Assembly: GCF_020745735.1 (NCBI RefSeq)
Contig: NW_026867481.1
Span: forward strand, 537,291-601,290
Source of the DNA: Hemiscyllium ocellatum
Taxonomy: Eukaryota
DNA length: 64,000 nt
Reading direction: 5' to 3'
Numbering within the stretch: position 1 is the first letter of the stretch; every line of letters starts with the position of its first letter. The notes under the pieces were generated by a model. It made no database searches. It was not told the DNA's origin and saw nothing but the letters and a program-made list of their open reading frames with translations. Shown here piece after piece: positions 10,902-24,279 of the stretch. The translations under genes were made by a program, and so were the position numbers.

Positions 10902-13310
10902 ATGAAGGACAATGCACGGACCAGCGAATGGCCCATCTTTGCCATATGTTATCCTATTCTCGCTGCAATTGGTGCCCCTGGTTAGTAATGGCTCCGATGC
11001 ACCCTGTTTTTTTAAAATATATATCTCCAGAAGTATTGTCTCTTTCCTTTCAGATTTGTACTGAATGTATTTAACATTCTGTGATTTCTGTGTAATCGGG
11101 GTTCAATCACGTCCTAATTTACTATTTGCATTACATGATATTTTGGGGTGTTATGTCTAGTATTGAATACATTACTTCATTGCACTTGTGTTCTGGGCAT
11201 TAGCGAATGATAGTCAAATTATTGTGATGCATCCCTATATGAAGACCGCTAAGTAATTTCGGGGGAACAATTGGTAATGTCTAACTTTGAATTAGTCTGA
11301 AGTTGTTGATCATTATATCCTATCCTAATGTAGCAAAGTCAAATCTTCTGTTTTCATATCTGCGGGAATAATGGTGTATCACAGTGTAGGACATAATTTG
11401 CTTTTTTAATTATTGGTCCAGAAAATGAATAGTTAGAATGCCATCATTACATCATATAAAACGAAAAGTTTTAAGTGATTATACGAGTGTCCAGCACGTC
11501 ATCTATTCACAGTTTAACGAAGCCACGATACGAAATCCCAGTAGTGAACGTGGTTTTAGACATTTTTAATAGCACCATTTGAAAGGTCTGAATGGTGATC
11601 CAAGATTCGCCATTCTAAGCAATTGTCTTTTTATGATAATTTTTTGTATGCTTATATGTTTTTATGTTTAACAATTACGTGGGTATAACTGTTGGTGGTA
11701 ACTGCAACAGTAATGTTTTACTTTCACTTTGGAATGTAGTTTCACTTGTCCCTTCAGAGCTTCATTTGGTTTCATGCAGACCTTTACATAAGGGGGAATA
11801 CGATTATCAGGTTGAAAAATGGGAGTTTTAAAGAATTGGCTGAAGAGCAAAAAAAATAGGCTCACACCTGGGGACAGAATTAGAAGTTTGGGCCTTGACA
11901 CGACTGAAAGGACAAATGTGCTGGAGATGCCCAAGGCCAGAAAGTAGGCATCAGGCGATCTCAGATGGCTTTGGTTGCGGAGGGGATGCGGGTGACTATG
12001 GTATGTGTTTTTTTTTTCAGTTTGAAGAGTAGGATTATCTTACGGTGATAATGCTGGAATTCAAGCCAATGTAGTTCAGCATGAATAGACGTTGATGGAT
12101 GGATTTGATGCAATAAGTACACGGTTTTGCAAATGTATCCATTCAGGTTAAACTGGAAAGCCAGCTACACGGACTGATTGAGTCACTGTTCTGCATTGTT
12201 AGTGGTAGCGACAAATTGAAATGACTTTTGTCACGTCCAGTATTTTAACGCACATTTGAATAGTGAACAAATATGATTTGCTTTACAATATTACAAGTCT
12301 GGAGGTATCTAGGGGAGAAATCTGAAAGTTTCTGCAGAAGATTGACTGGGAAAGTAGCTTGTGTTTATATTTCACTCGAAGATATTTCGCTCTTTTGATG
12401 TCTTACAGCTAATTTGGCAACGATAGTGATCCTTTTCCAAACACGGTGCGGTCTGTCTCGTGGTATCACCTACTACTTACTGTCAATTGCAGTAACTGAT
12501 TTCATTGTCATCATTGTCGCTGTCATAATCAATCGGATTGGGAGCATTTACTTTAGATACAGCCTTCTATCAACCACCCCTGGGTGCAGAATCAGCACTG
12601 TTTTGGTCTATATCAGCCGGGACAGCTCCGTTTGGTTGACTGTTACATTCACCCTCGACCGTTTTGTTGCCATCTGCTGCCAGAGCCTGAAGACCAGATA
12701 CTGCAATGAGAAAATTGCGTCAGTCATCATAGGAATTGTCTGTCTACTGAGCTGTATCAAGAACGCCCCTTTCTTCTTTATCTACCAGCCCTTATACATT
12801 CTGGACGGGAAGCCCTGGTTCTGTGACTTAAAGTCCAGTTATTATACCTTGCCGGCCTGGAAGTGTTATCAATGGATGGACCACATGCTGACCCCCTTCC
12901 TCCCTTTCATCCTTATTCTCCTGTTCAACGCCCTGACTGTTAGACACATCATAGCAGCCAGCAGAGCACGGAAAAGACTTCGAGGTTCTGAGAATTCCAA
13001 TGATGCTGAGTTGGCCAACCGCAACAAGTCCATTGTCTTGCTCTTCACAATTTCGCTCAGCTTTCTACTTCTCTGGGCCACCTACGTCGGACGATTCCTC
13101 TTCGTCCAGTTTACAGGAGAGGGTTATTTTGGCGGACTGGATTTTAATGATCCACAATTTATCCTTCAAGAAATGACCAACCTGCTTCAGTTATTCAGTT
13201 CTTGTAATAATGTATTCATCTATGCAGTGACCCAGACAAAGTTCCGACAGGATCTAATGAAGCTGCTGCTCTCTCCTTACACGTTCTTCAAACGTTTTAT
13301 TAAACGATGA
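10902..13310 (+). CDS. Intact two-exon GPR139/GPR142-like class A GPCR, 326 aa (exon 1 10902-10980, exon 2 12409-13310)
   Basis: Exon 1 MKDNARTSEWPIFAICYPILAAIGAP G|gttagt joins in phase 1 to ttacag|CT AAT TTG. Exon 2 has TM2 AVTD, TM3 TLDRF, ECL2 WFC, TM5 PFLPF and TM7 SSCNNVFIY. The family call is from motif recall; orthology is not established. Confidence 0.88.
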
Positions 13311-13374
13311 AAATAGCAACAAAAGCAATGAGAACCCATCCACGTTATTTGTGTTCTAAGTCTGTGGTTTCCCA

Positions 13375-13421
<47 letters not shown>
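13375..13421. repeat. Compound (TC)n(AC)n microsatellite about 65 bp after the GPCR stop codon
   Basis: Directly visible. Confidence 0.95.
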
Positions 13422-15099
13422 TCATGTCCTTGTACTCAATTGTTAGGTCAATTCCCAACCTGTGAAAGCTTATGTTAACAGAAAAAAATGAAAAAAATAG
13501 ATCAAACATTGGACGTTCTGAGTGTTTCGTTAAGATGCCACACAACTATACGCTTTCATGGCCATTATTTCAGCTACCCTGTTCTCGGGACCGATATTTG
13601 TAGCTTCAATCCCTTCCTTTCCCTCTTCCATTCCGCCGTCCAATCGTCTTACCTTTATTTCCTGTCTCTATTTGTCCGAAATTCCTAAACTCTCCTTGTC
13701 GTTTTCCTTCAACATGACCCAGAAGAAAACCCATTAACCTGGACGAAGCTTTAGATCTGTGCCTTCAATAATAAGAAGGGCGGTTTTATTATTTTTGTTA
13801 CCCACTATACAATCGACATGATGGGGATAAAGGTTAGAATTTCAACGGAAGCATGTCAGACAAACAGATGGAACGTCTCCAGTCCAAAATGACTGTTCTT
13901 TACGTTGCATCATTTTATCTTGTTCGAAAGGAAGCAAGGGGTGATCCATGGACAAGAAATTTCCAGACAACCAGTGGGCCAACATTAGACCACAATAAGG
14001 AACTCAACTAATACTGTGGGTACGGATAATGTTATTCCAGAAATTCAAGTAAACATTTCACTCCAAGGTTTGTGAGCATTTTCCCCACGACCTCCACATT
14101 TCTCCGAATATATATTGAAAAACAACTGGATATGAACAAGAACAAACAATTAAACTAAGCAGTTTCTTGTCACTCGGTGAGCGGCTCTCAGAAATCCTCT
14201 ATTTGAGTTGATACTACTGTCAGTTTGGAGAGTGCTGTGCTTTACCACCTTCTCCCTGTCTAAATCCCGAATGATAGTGCAGTGACACCAAGCCATCAGC
14301 GGATGGTAACAGTTCATTACTTTGAACAGAAGAGAAACACGGGGAACGATTGCTTTTATTTAATCATTTTGATTCATTGAATCCCCAGATTGGTAATATT
14401 TCATTGCAGACAGAAATGAATTCGCAGCCAACACCGACGCAGACACTTACACACGGATACTTGAAAGAGACATATCAATAGATAAACTTCTAGATGCACA
14501 ACTAATAATAAAAACAGCGATATACACAACAGGGAGACACTTATAGACATCTACCAACGTTTTGCTTTTGGAATTTGATGCCCATTGCCACACAGTGATG
14601 CAATGTTAGCGGTTATCAAGATACAACAAACACTGGCGTTTTGCAGCGAACTCGGCCTTTATTGCAGCTTCTGTTCTTTTTTACTTCAGTTGTAAAGCCA
14701 GAGAAGCAAAAACTGAACGACTGACTTCTGCCGCAATAGTCCTTAATATTCCCCGAAGAATCGGCATCTGCCAGTCACAGAAGGAGGCCTTTCAGTCTTC
14801 AGGAGCATTGCTTTCTCTGAACGGAATGATTCTTGTAATCGTACTCTCCGAAACTTCCAGAAGCCTTCCATATATTAACATTTCGAAAACTCCCAAATCC
14901 TCTTTCGAAATGATATTAAATATCTTCCAGCTCCTTATCAATTAATTTGTTTCACTGCAGAATCACGCTCTTCAAAGCTGGGAAATCCGCAATCAGTTCC
15001 CAATCGTTTTGACAATTTGACACATATTTGGAAAGTGGCAATATGAAAGTTGCTCTTCCAGAGTGTGGGAGCAACGGTTTGGAACATTTGTGCCTCTAA

Positions 15100-15420
15100 T
15101 TCTCCAACACTATCATTGTGATGCTTATCGACAGCGAGTTTGACTGTGTGAGAATTTGACAATGTGATTGTGAGAGAATATATGTGAACCTGAGAGCTGG
15201 TCTGAGAATTATTATTACAGTGTGAGAGTGAGTGTGAATCAAAGATAATTTGTGTTTGTGAGATAAAGAGAGTTTGTATTTCCTTGTGAGTGAGTCAGAG
15301 CTTTTCTGGGAGTACATTTGATGAAAAGAATATGAGAGAGATACAGTGCACCTTAGTATGTGTGAGAGATTGAGAATGAATTTGGCAGTGTGAGAAGGAA
15401 GGTGTATGCTTTCTCCACAA
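15100..15420. repeat. Degenerate (TGTGAG)-like low-complexity tract
   Basis: Recurrent tgtgag/gtgaga units. Confidence 0.6.
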
Positions 15421-16699
15421 GTACTTCTGAATCTCTGAATTCATACTGGTAGTGACTGCTCGCCTATTCCAATCAGGCGTTTTCACGATTATCTTGACTG
15501 TACACACACTAACTGGCCAACAAAAATATTCGGTAGTTTATGTGAACTGATTGAAACAACAGCTTTTTAAAAATAAGCTTAAACTGGTGACAGAGCAAGA
15601 ACATTTACCTGATCCCACAGTGGGAGAGAGTTTACTCAGTCGTCAGATTTAGTGAGGCATTAGCGAGCTTACCAGTGATGGTTGGGTTATTATTGCATGC
15701 AGTTACGTTCGGAATTGAAACATTTTGAATCTGAGTGTACGGAAATTTACTTAAACCCACTGTCCTGTTCAGACAACTGGATTTCATATGTTTTCTCTCA
15801 ATGGGATTCTGGTTTTTTTTTTATCCACTTCTTTTGACTGATTGATCTGTTTAAAGCAATTTCCGGCAAAGATATGAAACATGTTATGTTTCAATCAAAA
15901 CATCTGCAGCCATACAGAGTCATGTCAATACAGAGTTCACATTGGATTGAGCAGAACGCGTTCAAGGTGACATCATTTTCATTCAGAAGCAGAACATGCA
16001 AAACTTCTCCGAAAGACTTTCTAGCGATTGACCGATTGATAAATGTCAACATGTGTCACAAAAACCCCTGAGAACTCCTTTCTTCTTCAATCCATCCATC
16101 AGGTAAAATCCCCATTTATTTCCAATATAATCAATCCAGAATTTCTATCTGCTGGGAATTGAAATGTGAATGGCATTCGAGGACAAGAGATCAGTCGTGA
16201 TTTTATTGAGTGGAAGAGCAGTATGGTCTCATTCTGCTCCTACATCATTTGTTTGCATATATATTAGTGAATTACACAATGGATAAACCCAATGTTATAC
16301 CTCCAGAATCATACATTAGTAAGGATAAACAAGGAGATAAACAGCTAAAAGTGTCCTACCCAAGCCCTTAGAATTAAGGAGCTGTTGCAAAAGTAGGTAT
16401 ATCCATTAAGTTAATGCAGGTAGCTATTCGCCCCTGAAAAGCACGATTACAGTATACCCTTGCGCTAAATATTTGCTTGAGTCACACGTAAGCTGCTCGG
16501 GGCGTTAAAGATTGTGTGTGGGAATGGATGTCTGATGGACTCCAGTAGAAATAGAATGAGAAGACATTGCATGAGTAAGTGATCATGGAACACGTTGATC
16601 ATTCTAATTAATTATCGCACTTACACATTCAAAATACACGTGATGGTAGAAGGTCATTTGTGTGATGATGCCGCTACCAATGTTCCCAAACCAGCTTTC

Positions 16700-17500
16700 G
16701 GTTGTGGGTTCCTTATTGCTTGCTGCATGTACAATCTATATAAATGAGAATGTGGGGGGTGGATGAGGGAATTGGTAGCTAAGTTTGCAATGATTGAAAA
16801 CTTGGCTGGTTGGTTGACAGCAAGCATTAAAGTCATAGTTTAAAGGCGGATATAAACAGATTGATCATGTAGTAGAACAGTAGCAGATGTGAATTGTCCC
16901 AAAATAATTATGAAAGGATATATTTCGAAAGAAGCAAATAAAGACAAGGAAATGTTAAATGAATGTTAGGAAACTTGGAATCTCAGAGGAACGAGGAATC
17001 TTGGTGTGTTTGTCGACAGATCGCTGAAGACAACATGGAAGTTTCTTCAGGCAGTTTAGAAGGCAAAGGGGACTCTTGCCTTTATGATTGGAAGCATATA
17101 TTACAACAGCAGTGAGGTTATATTGAAGCTGTGCAGGACTTTGGTTGGGTCACAGCTGGAGTATTATGGGTATTTCACTTCTCTTTGGGAGTAATATGAT
17201 CGCAGTCGAGGTAGACCAGAGTTAGTATAACTTAGTGGGAGTATGGATAGAATGGATACAAAGCAGCTATTCCCCTCAGTTGGACGATGAGTTAAAATGA
17301 GGCATCATTTTAAAATGAAAGACAGGTGGCTCAGAGGGGATTTCGGGTAAAAAGAAATCACCCAGAGAGTGGTTGCTTGAGTTGAGGTCGGGAAATTCAA
17401 AATTATCCAAACATAACTTGGAGGAGAGTTGAGTTTCGTGCTGCAAAGTATAGAATCAGCGTATTTTTTCGGGTATACTCCTGATGGGCTGAAAACACTA
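16700..17500 (+). mobile_element. Degraded CR1-type LINE 3' fragment
   Basis: gaggaatcttggtgtgtttgtcgacagatcgctgaag and ttatattgaagctgtgcaggactttggttgggtcacagctggagtatt match the CR1 ORF2 C-terminus. Confidence 0.6.
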
Positions 17501-17812
17501 TTCTGAAATAGATGATTCAACGGTTTTGTTTTCTTGAAATTATGATGGTAAGAGGAAATATAAAACGTGCTGATGCATGCTGGACGGGCGGTTTAACAGT
17601 GTGATAGAATCGGTAATGTCTCTTTTAGGGTCTTGGATATTTCAGGCTCTTCTGCAAAAATATCTGTGACAGATTGATTCCAGGATACTTTGGTTTCGTG
17701 ATAGCCCTGCCACTGACCGCTAAATGCTGTGCTTTACTTTGGAGTTGAAGTTTTTTTGTGATTCTGAACAAACCACACATCTCTATGAGGGAGAACCACA
17801 GAAAGTTTTCAG

Positions 17813-18233
17813 CAATTTTGTAAAGAGTTCAGATATTTTTTCTATTATTTTGAGGATGAAAGCTCGGACATATACGGCATTGTCATCAGCTGCCGCCCCA
17901 AAATGGTTAAACTGGTGAGTTTTATTCTGGTTCTGAGTTCTGCAGAGAAGCTCCTTATCTAGTTGTTGCCGTTACCAATACAGATAATAGATGCTTTCTG
18001 TTGTACTGGAGGTGCATCTCAGAGTCATTGCTTCACGCTGTCTCCTACTCTCAGAAGGCTGAGACTGAGTTATGTAATTACCGTCATCCTGTTTTGTAAC
18101 ATGTTCAGAAGGAAGAAAACACTGTAATGAAAACTTCACTCGAATAATTATGCACTTATATTTTGAGCACGAAAACAATGGACTATTTCTTACCGACAAT
18201 GAGAATTATGAACAGAAGTCAGGTGCGGAATAT
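17813..18233 (-). pseudogene. Conventional TCR alpha/delta-type V pseudogene with leader (leader 18194-18233, V about 17852-18088)
   Basis: Leader ATA-FRT*LLFIILIV G|gtaag. V reads YITQSQPSESRRQREAMTLRCTSSTTESIYYLYW*RQQ, then TSLTILGRQL and DNAVY in different frames. CDR2/FR3 partly deleted, Cys104 lost, only a nonamer-like acaaaattg remains. Confidence 0.8.
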
Positions 18234-19839
18234 CCGCGTGGCTGCTGCCGATTGACAGTTTCCACTAGAAGAGTCTCCTATGGGTTGAATGACACTTCCT
18301 GATGTAATAGTTCGCTTCCAACTGTGTAATCCCAGGTGCAGACACCAAATATTGAATTGAGTTTCAGATTAAGACCTGGTCACCTGCAGTTTTGTCCCAC
18401 TGTATAGTCTCTCTGATTGTCAAGAGTTCTGACAAGGAGTCTGCTAATCATCTCTGAAAGTAAAAGCAGCAGCACAAATATAACAGGCAGATAACAATTC
18501 AATGGAAATGGAGATTGGAAATAAATAGTGGAGCAGAAACTTCGTAAAAATTTGGAATAACTGAGGGAGTGTTTCACGTCAATGTTTCCAGTCTTGGCTC
18601 CATAAACAAAATTCAGATAACTGCCTGGAGAAAACATGGATTAGTAGGAACTCGAAGAATGCAGTTATCTTCCGTTCGACTGGAATTCCCCTTCACATGT
18701 TTCACCAGAAAGGTTTGGCGGAGGAGGGGTGGGGGAGCAAAGGGTCATGCCTTCGATGTAACCTACACGAAAAAAAAACAAAGCAACGTGCCTTAAAAAT
18801 ACGAAAATGCACAAGGAGGCAAACACATATAAAACCACACATGCGCAACATTAAAATTCAGATGCAGACAACGTTGAGTTATGCTTCATGAACATTGATA
18901 CAAAAGGAATGAGACATCGATACTAAATGCTGTTCGAGTCATCAATAACCTCATCTCATGAGCGAATGAAGAAAATGTTATTGCATTACTTCAGAGGAAG
19001 AATCTTGGAGAAACGTTATGAAAACGCCTATGTGTTTAGCAGATACCTGGCATAACACTTTTTTTGAGAAAAGAAAATAATACACTTGACCTAAGACAGG
19101 CAAAAAAAGAAATTGACCACCGTGAACAAATATTGTCACCCATTCCCACGCACATATCGAGTTGGTTATTCATCAGAAACACTAAAATTACTATGCACAA
19201 AGACACACGAACAAAGGAACTTGAACATTTATATAAAAAGTACTTAACACAAAAGGACGCAGGCATACTATTCACACAGACACACAGGCAGAACAATATC
19301 CTCAGGAACACACATTTATCACACGCAATGATGCACATGCTACCCAATACAGCTAAACTGTGCAAAAAAAAACACAAAAATGCACACAGACATAGCGCGA
19401 GACATTGTGTGGCATATGAGTTAAAATTAAAAAGTATTGAAAGTTAAGTACACAGATGCACATAATTGCACGAAAGCGCAGACACACACACTATCAGTTA
19501 CCTTTCTGCAGACTGATGCAATGTGAAAAAAAAGAAACACAGGCACAGGTGCAGTCTTGCAAAAAGAGAAATGTAAAACATGTGCACGACTGCACTTATC
19601 CATGATAAGATCATGAGGCAATTAAAAAAAAAGGAGCAGACATCGGAAATTCGGCCAATTGAGTCTACTGCACCATTGAATGAGATCATGTCTGATCGAT
19701 AGTTTTCATCTTCACATTCCTGCTCATATTCACGACTCTCAATTCCCTTCATAATTATAAATCTATCTATTTCATCCTTTGAATGTAATCTGATTGCTTG
19801 AGCATCATTTAATTTGACACAGCTTGTTGAATGCTTTGG

Positions 19840-20400
19840 AAGCGATAGAATTGGGGATACTTCATCACAGAAATTGCTGGTATCAAATTTCAGTTGTTTA
19901 TACGGAAGACAAATGAAATGTTGATTTTTATTTCACTGGGAAGTAAGTTGTAGCATCGTCAGATTTCGCTAAAACAATGCCAAGCATCAGTAACACACAA
20001 TGGGGTAGAAGTGCTTTCTTGTGAGGAGTGTTTGAGTAATTTAGAGACTTAACTCATCAGATATTAGAAGATGAGCGGCGACTTCAATGGAATATTGAAG
20101 ATTGTTTGTGAAGTGGAAAAGGAACTTACCGAAGAGTTGTTTCTCCTTGTGCGAGAGTCAAGAACCAAAGGGCATGAATTTACAAATAAAGCATTACACA
20201 TTTAAGACAGAGGTGAGGTGGATTTTTTTTCCTAAAATGGTAGGGAGTCTGTGGAATTCTTGAATGCAAGCGTTTCAGAGGCTTATGTACATTCAAAACT
20301 GTGAAGGTGGAGTTGAGGATTATGAATACAGACATGGTTTCACTTAGGGTCGGGGCAGACTCGATTGGCCTACCTCTATCCTTTTGTTCCGACTTACTGT
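19840..20400 (+). mobile_element. Degraded CR1-type LINE 3' fragment
   Basis: gagagtcaagaaccaaagggcatgaattt and a CR1-like 3' UTR. Confidence 0.5.
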
Positions 20401-20649
20401 GATATTACCAACTATTAAGTTGCCTTTGAGGCCACGACTTCCTTCGTGAATATTTATTCTCAAAAGGTGCCGAGAATAATTTGCAAACAATAAGAATCAA
20501 AACAGTTTGACGTCTTATTTTGATAATATGTATTAGTTTAGGGATTGATGTACACAATTAGATGCTAAAAATTGACACCTTGCAAAACAGGCATAGATCT
20601 GAATAGGTAGCCTCCTGATTTCAATGACCGTTTTGCACACAAAAGATGA

Positions 20650-21120
20650 TAGTTGCATTCTCAATGCGTGGTTATAATTTGAAATCAATTCGTAATTTGT
20701 CTGAAAACAATGAAACTCAATTTGCAATTCCTTTCCAGGAGGTTGTCATTTCTTGTGATATGGAGCATGGATGCTACGTGTCTCGAAGCCACAAGCTCCT
20801 TCACGTTTCGAGTACGTCCAGGTACTTTCCAACATATGATTGGAAATAATGGGGGCGTAAAGTATGCAGTAAAGTATAGAAAGCTGCACATTCAGTCGTG
20901 GATATTGTTTCCTCTGCAGTTGGCATGAATGCATGGTGAAAAAGCGTGCATGGATTCGTTTGCATAGATAATTGGCGAAAACAAAAACGAAAAGGGGGTT
21001 GGGCTCAGCAGAGATGACCAAAGTATCCATATACTGCAATAGAGCAGAGAGATTGTGAAAACTATCAGGAATATAACTACAATAGACAAGGGGACAATGC
21101 TAAGATGGTGCACTTAATGC
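20650..21120 (-). pseudogene. Decayed GPR139-like exon 2 relic
   Basis: IVVIFLIV...WSSLLSPTP...IIYANES (cf. IVIIVAV...YSLLSTTP...LVYISRDS) and HSCQLQRKQY (cf. ICCQSLKTRY) in different frames. Confidence 0.4.
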
Positions 21121-21129
21121 AGGACTTAG

Positions 21130-21740
21130 GGCGCACAATATACAAAATAATCTAAGTGAGCTTGTAACACAGGGGTTGAAATTGGCGAGTAGGATGTTAT
21201 GGGTATCACATACACTTGGTTACAAGGGGATCAGTGCTGAGCACGAAAGATCCAAAGATATTGGAAGGACAGACAAATGGGCAGAGTAGCAGGATTTTCT
21301 TCTTTGTAAGAAATGAACTTAAATCAAGAACTATAATTGATTGTGGGTTCGGAAGCATTGAATGAGTTTGGGTAGATATGAGAAACAACAAAAGAAAAGA
21401 CCCCCTGATGGAGTTATTGGACAGGCCGTTCCTGAGCAGAATATAAATCTGGATAATGGAGAAGGCATGTAAGAAAAGCACAATTACAACAACAATGAGT
21501 GATTTAAGTACGCAGTCGGAGCGGGAAAGATACATTGATCACGAAACCCAAGGAACTAAATCCTTGAATATCTACGAGTTATTGCTTTTAGAGTCCCTTG
21601 TGGTAGAGCCCATTTTCTACAGATAATTCTGGATTTGGCGGTACACAATAACGCCTGAATAGCAAAATTTAAGTTAAAGGCAATCTTATTGGATAGTGAC
21701 TATACTATCAGATAAAATCATCTTGCAGATTGAGGGAGAG
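21130..21740 (+). mobile_element. CR1-type LINE endonuclease-domain fragment
   Basis: gatgttatgggtatcacatacacttggttacaaggggatcag is a decayed D..GITETWLQGDQ APE motif. Confidence 0.5.
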
Positions 21741-21759
21741 TTGCTTGAATTAGATGTAA

Positions 21760-22720
21760 CCGATTTAGAAGGCGCTTACAACACAGACACAACGTCCTTA
21801 CCATTGTAAAGTTCCCAGTGAGAAAGATAATAATAAAAGCCTCCACTTCATCGACGTCACATTAGAACAAGAAGACAAACGAAAACTGCAGACCAGCGCT
21901 CACAGGAAAACCACACAACTTAACGTACACTCAACTCCAGCAGAAAACATTCAAAAGTGTAGCTGCATCAGGACATTAGTTAAAAGTGCCACAACACACT
22001 GCAGCACGCAGGACCTCCAAGAAGTCGAGGAAAAACACCGACACAAAGTATTCAGGTACAAGTACCCAATAAGTGCAGCCTATCGATTTGTACACAACAG
22101 ACGTAAACAGGAAGACACAACGCACCCAGAGACTCGAGCCACACTGCCATACCTTACATACATCTTGGAGATGACGACCAGATTACCCCAGCCCCTAGGC
22201 ATCAGAATATTTCACAAATCTACTACCACACTGACACAGCTCCTAATGAAGTTAACAACCCCTATACCAACAAGCAGCAGAATGATTGTCATTATCAAAT
22301 ACCTTGCAAGGTCTAGATAAAACATTAGATTGGATAGACGAGCAGGCAACTAGCCACCAGGATCCATGAGCACCAACATGCTGCCATGACCAGCTATCAC
22401 CAGTATTCAAACACACAGACGAAGAGCGTCACCAGCTTGACTCTGATAAGTCATCCTTCTTGGGACAGACTAAACAATGACATGCACGGGAATTCCGAGA
22501 GGCCTGGGATTCAATCTGGAAGTCCATTAGCAAACGTATCTATTTCCACCCATTTATCAACCTCACAGAAAAAGAACCGGAAGTGATATCATTCAACACA
22601 ACGCACCAAGTCTCATAAATAGCAAGCGGGACAGCACACCAGCATGCCATCGGAGGCTCACTGATGATGTGAGCTAGCGTGGTGCTAAAACGTCTGAGAA
22701 CAAATCTGCAACTAAAGGAA
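21760..22720 (+). mobile_element. Penelope-like retroelement fragment
   Basis: SCIRTLVKSATTHCST (RT C-terminal region) and HAREFREAW (end of GIY-YIG); terminal ctgatgatgt...aaaacgtct decayed hammerhead-like motif. Confidence 0.7.
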
Positions 22721-22977
22721 CAAACAACCCAAATTAAAAAAAGAAAATTAACGGGGATTGGTGCAAGTCACTTCCATGGACAGATTGCCTGACCCGTAGA
22801 AAACAAAGATTGTAGATAAAGGGGTAGCTATCGGGATGACAGACGATGTCTCGTGGAGTTCTACAGGGTTAAATGTTTGGACCACAAACAATCACATTAT
22901 ATTTTAATAATATGAATGAAGAAACTGACAGCACTTCTTGCAAAGTTTGCATACAACACAGATAGGTCGTGGATCAA

Positions 22978-23288
22978 GGGGCGGCACGGTAGCCCAGTGG
23001 TTAGCACTGCTGTCTCACAACACTTGGGACCTGGATTCAATTCCAGTATTGGGCAACTGTCTGTGTGGAGTTTTTCCTGTGTCAGCGTGGGTTTCCTCCG
23101 GATGTTTTTGTTTCCTCCCATAATCCAATGATGGGCAGGCCAGGTGAATTGGCCATGCTAAATTGCCCATAGTGTCAGTGGTGAGTAGAAGTTAGGGGAA
23201 TGGGTCTGGGTGGGTTACTCTGCGAAGGATCAGTGTGGACTTGTTGGACAGAAGGACCTGTTTCCATACAGTAGGTAATCTAATCTAA
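22978..23288 (+). mobile_element. HE1-type tRNA-derived SINE, full length
   Basis: 5' ggggcggcacggtagcccagtggttagcactgctgtctcaca, core gtgggtttcctccgg, ggtgaattggccatgctaaattgccc, and (tctaa)n tail. Confidence 0.85.
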
Positions 23289-23289
23289 T

Positions 23290-23900
23290 GCTGGCGAGCT
23301 AAGAAAGAAGCATGACGATTCCAGAAGGATCGCACAGTGAACAAAGAAATGACAGCTGGTATATAACGTTGAAAATGTGGGGTTTTGCACTTTGATTTGA
23401 AGAATAAAGGCATGCACTGCATTCTAAAAGCTTTGGACATCTGAAGCACAAGCACGCATCGGTGCACTAGTTTAGGATTCTCCTCAAAGGAACGTGAAAT
23501 TTCAGGAAGACGAATTCAACGTTTGCATTGCTTGGAAGAGGGCTGGAACACAATAACTGGGATGTAGTACAGACGCTGTATAATGCTCAGGTCAGACCGT
23601 ATTGGAATATTGTGAACACTTTTGAGTTCTGTATCGCAGGAAGTATGTGATGGCCTTGCAAGAATTCCAATGTGGAGTGCAAAAATGATCTCGGGGATAA
23701 GAGCCTTGTCACACGAACAAATGTTTGAAGAATCTAGGTATTTAATCGAGGGAGATTAGAAAAATGAGATGGAACCTACCTTAAACTAACAGAACATTGA
23801 GAGGCCAAGTTCGAATATTTTTAGAGAGGACTTTCTAATAGTAGGAAAGATTAGGAACTGAAGGCATAACATTTGAGTAAACGGGAGATGTTTCAGAAAT
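23290..23900 (+). mobile_element. Degraded CR1-type LINE fragment
   Basis: ctgtataatgctcaggtcagaccgtattggaatattgtgaacacttt is a decayed LY.ALVRP.LEYC motif. Confidence 0.5.
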
Positions 23901-24279
23901 GGGCTGTGGGGGAATGTATGGACCTCAATGTTGTAGAACGCTGTGCAGGCCAGATCACAAATCTCTTTACATCAGTGATAAATATGATGGCCGAATCACG
24001 TTGTGGTGCTTTTTTTCTGTCACACTATTAAGGGAGTACCTAAAAGGGGTGATTGAGAAGGAATTGAAGAGATTATTGCCCAACTTTCAATCACAAATTG
24101 GCTGCGCTTTTTCCCATCTATTACAACTTTCATTTTCTGCCACAAAAGTGAAAAATAATGTTATGTAGCACTCGTTTTCCTCAACATCTGAGGATCTTGG
24201 GCCTTATATTACCAGGGTAAATATTGCAATGACAAAAAAGTACAATTCGGTAATTGATTGGATTACCCACACCTTTCCT

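Noticed and set aside
14591-14629. cacagtg-23-atacaacaa as a V or J RSS
   Set aside because: The nonamer is poor, and there is no YYC before it or GxG J motif on the other strand; the 13-nt match to the J start looks coincidental.
19036-19621. ORFs of 113 and 127 aa
   Set aside because: They lie in CA/A-rich low-complexity sequence with no recognisable domain.
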